A stretch of DNA of 33,313 bases from an uncultured Candidatus Saccharibacteria bacterium (GTDB lineage: Bacteria > Patescibacteriota > Minisyncoccia > UBA6257 > WO2-44-18): assembly GCA_964348885.1 (NCBI GenBank), contig CAYGEK010000005.1, positions 1-33,313 on the forward strand, in the 5' to 3' direction. The notes under the pieces were generated by a model. That model did not search any database. It saw only the letters and a list, made by a program, of their open reading frames with translations, and was not told the origin of the DNA. Made by a program: the position numbers and the translations under genes. How positions within the stretch are numbered: the first letter of the stretch is position 1; each line of letters starts with the position of its first letter. Below are positions 26,624-33,313 of the stretch, piece after piece.

Positions 26624-27811
26624 GTGGCATGGAAGACCCTGACTAGCATAGCGGCCTCAATTAAGCCCTTGCTTAAAGGCAAGGACGATAGATTTTTGGT
26701 GCTGGAAATCCTGGAACATAAGGTAAAAGGAGCGGTCATCCATGCGGATTTCTCCGGTAAAAAGATACAGGTTACGCGAGTCCGGAGTCATCCCGATCTT
26801 AAGAAGCTGGTAAAAAAATTCGGCCGCCTCGGCCGGTACAAGATAGTCGTCGGCCTGGATTCCCATCTCGCTTCCACGATTTATTCTTCTATCGTGATTC
26901 CGCGCGAGCAACATAAAACTCTGATAGACGAGCCGGAGCTGGATAATCTGCTTTCACAGGCTATCTGGAAATTTTTTGACCGCTCACGTAATAAAGTCGC
27001 CGGCAAGATCGGCGTGGCCGATCTGGATATAATGCTTACCGACGTCCGCATCCGGGGGATAAAGCTGGACGGGCACAAGGTAGTCAATCCGCTCGGCTTT
27101 AACGCGAAGACAGTAGAGGTGCAGTTTAGCCAAACCTTCCTTTCTCGCGGTCTTATTGATTCTTTAAAAGAAGTTTTGCCATTGAATCAAGTTGTTCTGA
27201 TGAGCGAGAACGGTACCGCGTGGTCCAGCGTAATTGGCAAGGCGGATTCGGCGATAAAGAATTTCCTTCTCGCGAACATCTCTCCTTCTCGGACTCAGGT
27301 GTTTTTCAGCGACGGTAGTCAGAACGCCTACCACGACCATTTTCTCTGGGGAGAGCAGAGTCTGAATCAAGCTATCGCCGACGAATTGGGAGTTGAGGTG
27401 GAGACGGCCGGATTAATCTTGAGCAAATACGTTCGCGTCGATGCTTCGCCTACCTTCCGGCATCGGATGGAGGTGATGGTAGCGCGGGAACTTTCGGTTC
27501 TGGCCAAAGGGCTGGATCAGGCGGTCAGGAAAACCGATACGCGGACTATCTATCTCAACCCGTCCTTCCGCTTGCCGGATATGTTTGCCAACGGCTTCCG
27601 GAATCAGTTTGGCCGTAGTGTGGTTATTCAGCCGCTTACCCTTGACTTAATTAGTCAAAAATTTGGATTTGATATAAAATTCAAAAATAGCGCTGACGCG
27701 GCCGATTCTTTTAGTCTTTTGGCGACCCTGGTGGAATGGTACCTGGCTCCGCAGGATGACAAGATGAGTCAGTTGGCCAAGCGGCGCGTTCGGTGGCTGT
27801 CGCCGGTTTAA
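26624..27811 (+). CDS. Hypothetical protein, possibly a divergent actin-fold FtsA/PilM-like protein (start uncertain, GTG)
   Basis: 395 aa. The layout loosely follows FtsA/PilM (LVLEI..., ...NISPSRTQVFF.DG......WGEQSLNQAIADELGV..E.AG), but the phosphate-binding motifs look degenerate. Assessed by eye only. Confidence 0.6.
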   Translation: MAWKTLTSIAASIKPLLKGKDDRFLVLEILEHKVKGAVIHADFSGKKIQVTRVRSHPDLKKLVKKFGRLGRYKIVVGLDSHLASTIYSSIVIPREQHKTLIDEPELDNLLSQAIWKFFDRSRNKVAGKIGVADLDIMLTDVRIRGIKLDGHKVVNPLGFNAKTVEVQFSQTFLSRGLIDSLKEVLPLNQVVLMSENGTAWSSVIGKADSAIKNFLLANISPSRTQVFFSDGSQNAYHDHFLWGEQSLNQAIADELGVEVETAGLILSKYVRVDASPTFRHRMEVMVARELSVLAKGLDQAVRKTDTRTIYLNPSFRLPDMFANGFRNQFGRSVVIQPLTLDLISQKFGFDIKFKNSADAADSFSLLATLVEWYLAPQDDKMSQLAKRRVRWLSPV

Positions 27812-27820
27812 AATCAATCA

Positions 27821-29368
27821 ATGACCAAAGTTCCGATACATAAAATAAAAAAGATCACCATCAGCAAGAGCGACGAAGTGGCTTCGGTGGTGGAGCAGGT
27901 GATAGACGCCGACGCGAAGGAGGTGGTTTTGAATATCCCGCGCTTTTCACGGCTGGCGGATTCGCTGGCTAATTTTCATCTTTTAAAAAGGGAGGCGGGA
28001 CTTTTGAAGAAAAAAATCATCATCGAGTCCGTTGATGACAAAGTAATCGACCTGGCCGGTGTGGCCGGTATGGATTCCTGGAACCCGATCCTTTCGCGCG
28101 CGAAGCGCCAGTTTTCCGATATCGTCTCTACTCGACAGACGAAAGAGGGGGCGGACGAGGATAATATTTTAAAAAGAAAGCTGGTGGAGTCAGTCGGACG
28201 AAAGCCATCCAAGATCAGGCGCCCGGCCAATCTTAAAAAAAGATTTTTGGCGCTTGGTATTTTCGTAGTGTCATTGAGCGCTATTTTTATGGTGGCGAAT
28301 TCAGTTTTGCCTCGCGCGGCAATTCATCTTACCCGCGCCGCTTCCGACTGGGATTATTCCGGTACTGTCGTAGCGCAGAAGCTGGCCCAAGTGGATTCTC
28401 GTACCGCTACTGTTCCCGGACAAGTCTTTATTGAAAAACCTGTGCTCCAGGCTTCATATCCGGCAAGCGGCAAGCGGGCAGTTCAGCAAAAAGCCGTCGG
28501 CAAGGTGACCATCTATAACGCTTACAGTTCCGATCCTCAGCCGTTAGTGGCGACAACCCGATTACTCACTCCGGACGGCAAAATCTTTCGGATAGTGAAA
28601 AGCGTTGTGGTACCGGGCGCGAAGATAGTTGAGGGCAATATTATTCCTTCAACGCTGGTGACGGATGTAATCGCTGATCAGGCCGGAGCGGAATATAATG
28701 TCGGACCGGTCAGCCATTTTACCATTCCGGGCTTGAAAGGCACGCCAAAATATTCGGCCTTCTACGCCGACTCGGCCGCCGCGATGACCGGAGGATTCGT
28801 AGGCACGGTCGCTTATCCGACCGACGGCGATCTGACAAAAGCCAAGTCGGACATGACCGGTAAGCTTGAGGAGGCGGCGAAGCAAAGAATCGCTTCCAGA
28901 ATCCCGTCAGAGTTTAAGATTATTGACGGTTCTTCAAAATTCGTAGTTCTGAAGCATTCGGTGATTACTGAATCGTCCGCCGCCGAAGGGATGTTCACCC
29001 TGTCTTCAGAAGGCCAGATCAGTGCGGTAGCTTTCCGCGAGATTGACGTAGTCGCGATGCTCGCCGGCAAGCTTGAAAGGGACAAGGGGACAGACTATGA
29101 GGTTAAGACTGCCGCTATTGCTTACGGCGCCGGACGCGCCGATCTGACAGCGGGAAAGATTAGTTTTCCGGTAACTTACAAGGCCAGCATTGTTAGAAAG
29201 GTTAACGCGGAGGCGCTTAAGACGAATATCCGAGGTAAATCGGAAAAGGATTTACGGGATCTGTTATTTAGTATTCCAGCCCTGGAAACGACAAAAATAG
29301 ACTTATGGCCATTCTGGGTTAATTCCGTGCCGACGAATGAGGCTAAAATAACCGTATCTGTTGACTAA
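27821..29368 (+). CDS. Hypothetical single-pass membrane protein (about 150-aa cytoplasmic N-domain, TM helix, about 340-aa external domain)
   Basis: 515-aa ORF. TM helix FLALGIFVVSLSAIFMVANSVL. Tightly coupled to the upstream ORF. Confidence 0.7.
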   Translation: MTKVPIHKIKKITISKSDEVASVVEQVIDADAKEVVLNIPRFSRLADSLANFHLLKREAGLLKKKIIIESVDDKVIDLAGVAGMDSWNPILSRAKRQFSDIVSTRQTKEGADEDNILKRKLVESVGRKPSKIRRPANLKKRFLALGIFVVSLSAIFMVANSVLPRAAIHLTRAASDWDYSGTVVAQKLAQVDSRTATVPGQVFIEKPVLQASYPASGKRAVQQKAVGKVTIYNAYSSDPQPLVATTRLLTPDGKIFRIVKSVVVPGAKIVEGNIIPSTLVTDVIADQAGAEYNVGPVSHFTIPGLKGTPKYSAFYADSAAAMTGGFVGTVAYPTDGDLTKAKSDMTGKLEEAAKQRIASRIPSEFKIIDGSSKFVVLKHSVITESSAAEGMFTLSSEGQISAVAFREIDVVAMLAGKLERDKGTDYEVKTAAIAYGAGRADLTAGKISFPVTYKASIVRKVNAEALKTNIRGKSEKDLRDLLFSIPALETTKIDLWPFWVNSVPTNEAKITVSVD

Positions 29369-29399
29369 TTTATAGCTATTTGCTACACTTCTTACTTAC

Positions 29400-29618
29400 A
29401 TGGCCGACAAGCAGGACGTAAAGCGTCTGGAAGGACGAGTAGAGGAAGCGTTACCGGGCACTACTTTTAGGGTAAGTATCGGCGACGGCAAGATAATTCT
29501 CGCTTATGTTTCCGGAAAAATGCGTCTTCATTATATAAAAATTCTTCCGGGTGACCGTGTCATTCTGGAGATGACTCCGTATGATGACGCGCGCGGCCGG
29601 ATAATTCGCAGACTATAA
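29400..29618 (+). CDS. infA: Translation initiation factor IF-1
   Basis: 72 aa. S1-like IF-1 pattern G.V.E.LP...F.V....G..ILA..SGKMR...I.ILPGD.V..E..PYD...GRI..R. Confidence 0.95.
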   Translation: MADKQDVKRLEGRVEEALPGTTFRVSIGDGKIILAYVSGKMRLHYIKILPGDRVILEMTPYDDARGRIIRRL

Positions 29619-29620
29619 CA

Positions 29621-29734
29621 ATGAAAGTACGATCTTCCGTAAAAGCAATGTGCATTAACTGCAAAACCGTGCGCCGGGGCGGACGGGTATATGTCGTCTG
29701 CAAAAATCCGAAACACAAACAGCGCCAGGGCTAA
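29621..29734 (+). CDS. rpmJ: 50S ribosomal protein L36 (37 aa; not in the ORF track)
   Basis: Hand translation [37 protein letters not shown]. Canonical position between infA and rpsM. Confidence 0.92.
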   Translation: MKVRSSVKAMCINCKTVRRGGRVYVVCKNPKHKQRQG

Positions 29735-29749
29735 AAATAAAATAATCAA

Positions 29750-30133
29750 ATGCGTATCTTTGGTATAAATATTCCGGACAACAAGCGAATTGAAGTTTCG
29801 CTCTGTTATCTTTACGGCATCGGCGCTTCTCTCGCGAAAAAAGTAGTCAAGGAAGCCGGCATCGATCCGGATAAGCGTGCGAAGACGCTGACCCCTGACG
29901 AAGTGAACAAGATTCAGAATATTATTGAAAAGAAATATAAAGTGGAAGGTGAGCTCCGCCAGATTATCAAGCAGAACATCAATCTTTTAAAAGATTTACA
30001 GAGTTATCGCGGCGCCCGGCATTCCCGCCGTCTTCCGGTTCGGGGACAGCGCACGAAAACCAATTCCCGCACGGTCCGCGGCAACGTCCGTAAGACAGCC
30101 GGTAGCGGTAAGCGTAAGACCGAGCTCAAGTAA
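29750..30133 (+). CDS. rpsM: 30S ribosomal protein S13
   Basis: MRIFGINIP.NKR.E..L.Y.YGIG ... YRG.RH...LPVRGQRT.TN. Confidence 0.95.
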   Translation: MRIFGINIPDNKRIEVSLCYLYGIGASLAKKVVKEAGIDPDKRAKTLTPDEVNKIQNIIEKKYKVEGELRQIIKQNINLLKDLQSYRGARHSRRLPVRGQRTKTNSRTVRGNVRKTAGSGKRKTELK

Positions 30134-30153
30134 AGCGACACCTCTCAACGAAA

Positions 30154-30627
30154 ATGCCAACCAAGAAATCAACAACTAAGCCGGCCGCTGAAAAAGCGCC
30201 GAAGGCAGTAAAAGCGGATGCGACCGTGGCGGTTAAGGCCGCTACAGAAGCGGCTAAGCCGGAGAAGGCTGTTTCTAAAAAAATTGAAAACGGCCGGGTT
30301 TACGTAAACGCTTCCTACAACAACACGCTGGTCTCAGTGACCGATGATAAGGGTAATCTTTTGGCTTGGAGCTCGGCCGGCGCCCTCGGTTTTTCCGGTC
30401 CGAAAAAAGCGACCGCCTTCGCGGCCTCTAAAGTTGTCGCCGCGCTAGCGGAGAAATTGAAGAAATCCGGCTTGGTCAACGTGTCCGTAATCGTCAGCGG
30501 TGTGGGTGGCGGACGAGATTCTGCGATCCGCTCTTTACCGAATCACGGCTTCAATATTCTTTCTATTAAAGACGTAACCCCAATTCCGCATAACGGTCCG
30601 CGTCCGGCAAAAGTACGTCGCGTATAA
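30154..30627 (+). CDS. rpsK: 30S ribosomal protein S11 (with a roughly 40-aa Lys/Ala-rich N-terminal extension)
   Basis: S11 core G.VYV.ASYNNT.V..TD..GN...WSSAG..GF.G..K.T.FAA. Confidence 0.93.
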   Translation: MPTKKSTTKPAAEKAPKAVKADATVAVKAATEAAKPEKAVSKKIENGRVYVNASYNNTLVSVTDDKGNLLAWSSAGALGFSGPKKATAFAASKVVAALAEKLKKSGLVNVSVIVSGVGGGRDSAIRSLPNHGFNILSIKDVTPIPHNGPRPAKVRRV

Positions 30628-30637
30628 AATAAACAAT

Positions 30638-31249
30638 ATGTTTGACACACGAGAAAAAAAGGAACGGTCAGTCGGAACAAAGCTATTTTTGAAGCCGCAT
30701 CGTTGTAATTCGGCGAAGTGCGTGACCATGCGCCGCGCTCAGCGCCCGGGACAGCACGGTAAGTCTTACAAATCTCTCTCCGAATTCGGTCAGCAGGTGA
30801 AAGAGAAGCAGAAGATTCGCTTCACCTACGGAATCCGCGAAACGCAGATGAAGAGCTTGGTGAAGAAAGCGATTCACAGCTCTGGAGTCACTGGTGACAT
30901 GATTATGCAGATGCTTGAGCGCCGGCTGGATAACGTGGTCTTCCGGATGGGTATCGCCCCGTCCCGATCCGTGGCCAGACAAATGGTCAATCACGGGCAC
31001 ATCCTTCTGAACGGACGAAAGACCAATATCCCGTCCTGCCAGGTGAAAGTGAAGGACGTAGTGGCGGTCCGACCGCAATCCAAGGAGTATCTGCTCTTCA
31101 AAGACCTCTCGGAAAAGTTGAAGAAGTACGATGCGCCCGTCTGGATCAAGCTGGAGTCCGATAAATTGGAAGGAACCGTTGTGGCTCTCCCCAAGGAATC
31201 CGACACCTCGTTTGATGTAAACATGGTCGTAGACTATTATTCTAAATAA
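30638..31249 (+). CDS. rpsD: 30S ribosomal protein S4
   Basis: N-terminal Cys/His-bearing region, the RLDNVVFR.G.A.SR..ARQ.V.HGHI..NG S4 domain, and conserved gene order. Confidence 0.93.
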   Translation: MFDTREKKERSVGTKLFLKPHRCNSAKCVTMRRAQRPGQHGKSYKSLSEFGQQVKEKQKIRFTYGIRETQMKSLVKKAIHSSGVTGDMIMQMLERRLDNVVFRMGIAPSRSVARQMVNHGHILLNGRKTNIPSCQVKVKDVVAVRPQSKEYLLFKDLSEKLKKYDAPVWIKLESDKLEGTVVALPKESDTSFDVNMVVDYYSK

Positions 31250-31253
31250 ACCA

Positions 31254-32024
31254 ATGGAATATCAATATTTAAGCGAAACAGTCAGTGTAAAGAAAGTCTC
31301 CGAGAATGATCGGGAGGGTGTGTTTGAGGCGGAAGGTTTGTACGCCGGTTACGGTCTGACCGTAGGTAACGCGCTTCGTCGCGTGCTTTTGTCTTCTTTG
31401 CCGGGTGCCGCGATTACCCAGTTCAAGATTAAAGGAGTTAACCATGAGTTCTCTACTGTGGACGGCGTTGCCCAGGATGTGGTTGAGATCGGTTTGAATT
31501 TGAAAAAGATTCGCTTCAGAATCCATACGGATGAGCCGCAGGTTCTGACTCTGAAGATGAAGGGCGAAGGCGAGATCACCGCCGCTGATATTGAGACAAA
31601 CAGCAACGTTGATCTGATTACTCCGGATATACATATCGCCACAATCACTGCCAAAGGCACCGATTTAGAGATGGAGATCACCGTGGAAAAAGGTTTGGGT
31701 TACTCTCCGGTTGAAAGCCGCAAGAATGACAAGCTTCCGATCGGCGTAATTGCCTTGGATGCGTTGTTTTCCCCTGTAGTGAAGGTTAATTTTACCATCG
31801 AGAACATGCGTGTAGGCGAGCGAGCCGATTATAACAAGCTTCGTTTAGTTGTTGAAACTGACGGCAGCTTGACCCCGTCCGCCGCTTTGCGTAAGGCCAG
31901 CAACATTCTGCAGGATCACTTTGTAAAGATCTCCGGCGTTGAGGTTAAGGAGGCGGAAGCCGCTCCGGCCGCCGAAGAGGGCGAAAAGAAAGCGAAAAAG
32001 CCCCGTAAGAAAAAAGAAGAATAA
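31254..32024 (+). CDS. rpoA: RNA polymerase alpha subunit, N-terminal domain only (256 aa; no alpha-CTD; Lys-rich tail)
   Basis: The alpha-NTD pattern (GNALRRVLLSSLPG.AIT) is present. The protein ends ...KEAEAAPAAEEGEKKAKKPRKKKEE, and rplQ starts 2 nt after the stop. Confidence 0.9.
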   Translation: MEYQYLSETVSVKKVSENDREGVFEAEGLYAGYGLTVGNALRRVLLSSLPGAAITQFKIKGVNHEFSTVDGVAQDVVEIGLNLKKIRFRIHTDEPQVLTLKMKGEGEITAADIETNSNVDLITPDIHIATITAKGTDLEMEITVEKGLGYSPVESRKNDKLPIGVIALDALFSPVVKVNFTIENMRVGERADYNKLRLVVETDGSLTPSAALRKASNILQDHFVKISGVEVKEAEAAPAAEEGEKKAKKPRKKKEE

Positions 32025-32026
32025 TT

Positions 32027-32368
32027 ATGGCAAATCGTAAGTTCCATCGCATGCGTGGCCAAAGGAAGCTCTTTATCCAAGGCCTGGCGAACAACTTAAT
32101 AATGCGCGAACGAATCGAGACCACCGTGCCTCGGGCTAAAGAAATTCGTCCGATCGTGGAAAAGATGATCACGGTTGCTAAAAAGCAGCAGCTGCCGGCT
32201 TTCCGCACTTTGCTCGCCAAGCTTCCGAAGAAGTCCGCGGAGAAGCTTTACTTTGATATCGCTCTGCGATATAAAGAGCGGACCGGCGGTTATTTACGCA
32301 TCATTAAAGAAGCGAAATCCCGCAAGCGTGACGGCGCTCCGTTGGCCTTCATTGAATTTGTTAAATAA
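32027..32368 (+). CDS. rplQ: 50S ribosomal protein L17
   Basis: H...GR.L........L...L...ERI.TT..RAKE.R...EK.IT L17 signature. Conserved position after rpoA. Confidence 0.93.
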   Translation: MANRKFHRMRGQRKLFIQGLANNLIMRERIETTVPRAKEIRPIVEKMITVAKKQQLPAFRTLLAKLPKKSAEKLYFDIALRYKERTGGYLRIIKEAKSRKRDGAPLAFIEFVK

Positions 32369-32373
32369 ACAAT

Positions 32374-32715
32374 ATGGAATACGTAATTGACGCCAAAAAT
32401 CAAAAGCTCGGTCGTCTGGCCTCCAAGGTTGCCCAGCTTCTTCAGGGCAAGCAAAATGCCGATTATTTGCCGCACAATCCCGGCAAGGATAAGGTGGTGG
32501 TCAAGAACGCTTCCCAGATCGTAGTCACCGGCCGCAAGGCGGAGCAGAAGATCTACTATCGCCACACCGGCTATATGGGCCATTTACGGGAGCGCGTTTA
32601 TAAAGAGTATTTTGCGAAGTCTCCGGAGCAGGTTTTCGAGCTTGCCGTAAAGCGCATGTTGCCTCAGAACTATTTGAAACAGAATCGTTTGAATCGTTTA
32701 ACTATTGAGAAATAA
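32374..32715 (+). CDS. rplM: 50S ribosomal protein L13 (short, 113 aa)
   Basis: IDA..Q.LGRLAS.VA..L.GK ... YY.HTGY.G L13 pattern. Conserved rplM-rpsI pair. Confidence 0.9.
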   Translation: MEYVIDAKNQKLGRLASKVAQLLQGKQNADYLPHNPGKDKVVVKNASQIVVTGRKAEQKIYYRHTGYMGHLRERVYKEYFAKSPEQVFELAVKRMLPQNYLKQNRLNRLTIEK

Positions 32716-32716
32716 T

Positions 32717-33145
32717 ATGACACCTGTAAAGAAAACAACTGAAAAATTAGTGAAGACTGTTGTGCGTTTCTTCTCCGCCAAAGGAGGCCGAAAGAGCGCG
32801 AATGCTAGCGCTCGTGTATTTTCCGGTAAAGGTATCCTGGTCAACGACAAGGACTACAAGCAGTATTTCAAAACTTTGCGTAATCAGATTACCGCCTTCG
32901 CTCCATTTGACGCTTTGAAGATTCACGAGAAGATGGGCGCCTCCGTTCACGTATCCGGTGGTGGCATTAATGCCCAGGCGGACGCGGTTCGTAACGCGAT
33001 TGCCCGCGCCTTGGCGAAAGCCGATGAGAGCCTTAAGGGCACTCTCCGCCGCTCCGGTTTCATGACCCGTGATTCCCGTGTTGTTGAGCGTAAGAAGCCG
33101 GGCAAGCTCAAAGCTCGCCGCAGTCCGCAGTGGGCTAAGCGTTAA
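32717..33145 (+). CDS. rpsI: 30S ribosomal protein S9 (ATG at 32717 preferred over the TTG at 32705)
   Basis: C-terminal ...GG.NAQADA.R.AIARAL.......R..L...GF.TRD.R.VERKK.G..KARR..Q..KR S9 signature. Confidence 0.92.
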   Translation: MTPVKKTTEKLVKTVVRFFSAKGGRKSANASARVFSGKGILVNDKDYKQYFKTLRNQITAFAPFDALKIHEKMGASVHVSGGGINAQADAVRNAIARALAKADESLKGTLRRSGFMTRDSRVVERKKPGKLKARRSPQWAKR

Positions 33146-33156
33146 AGAAAATCAAA

Positions 33157-33181
33157 AACACCCCTTGCGGGGTGTTTTTGT
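33157..33181 (+). terminator. Intrinsic terminator after rpsI
   Basis: AACACCCC-TTGC-GGGGTGTT followed by TTTTG. Confidence 0.85.
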
Positions 33182-33240
33182 GTAATGAAAGTATTGGCTT
33201 CACGGTCATATAATCGGTATACTACAACTATCTTTTTCCG

Positions 33241-33313
33241 ATGAAATTCATTATCAATGGCGGCAAAAAACTTAACGGGGAGATCAGGCTTGCGGGCGCG
33301 AAGAACGCGGCCA
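33241..33313 (+). CDS. murA: UDP-N-acetylglucosamine 1-carboxyvinyltransferase, N-terminal fragment (runs off the right edge)
   Basis: MKFIINGGKKLNGEIRLAGAKNAA matches the MurA N-terminal signature (..G...L.G.v..sGaKNaa). Confidence 0.8.
   Translation, partial: MKFIINGGKKLNGEIRLAGAKNAA

Overview
This looks like a chromosomal segment from a small-genome bacterium. Compact versions of universal proteins, Lys/Ala-rich tails on housekeeping proteins and sparse Shine-Dalgarno use suggest a CPR/Patescibacteria-type organism; that placement is inference only. Left to right the window holds: the 3' end of 23S rRNA and a 5S rRNA followed by a highly structured trailer; envelope genes (SEDS FtsW/RodA, MltG); rpoB-rpoC behind a long leader; rpsF-ssb-rpsR; a PAP2 phosphatase; rpmB; tRNA-Pro(GGG); an accessory stretch at about 14.7-18.8 kb; dnaG-rpoD; a large secreted protein; a small Cys-rich ORF that is not in the ORF track; a compact alaS behind a structured leader that ends in a terminator; several hypotheticals; infA-rpmJ-rpsM-rpsK-rpsD-rpoA-rplQ-rplM-rpsI; and the start of murA. 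The most unusual region is 15.6-18.8 kb. Two identical 73-bp palindrome-plus-promoter modules sit there, and a third copy of the same arms lies upstream of rpoB. In the island these modules drive very GC3-rich micro-ORFs that look compositionally foreign. They are followed by a third micro-ORF, a roughly 420-nt GC-rich structured non-coding stretch ending in a strong terminator, and two tandem paralogous lipoprotein HExxH metallopeptidases. Other points of interest: an RpoA with no alpha-CTD, inverted-repeat-bracketed intergenic modules that end exactly at start codons, a tRNA that abuts a CDS, and many -10 hexamers only 6-10 nt upstream of start codons, which suggests leaderless mRNAs. No CRISPR array, transposase, integrase or recognisable defence gene was seen.
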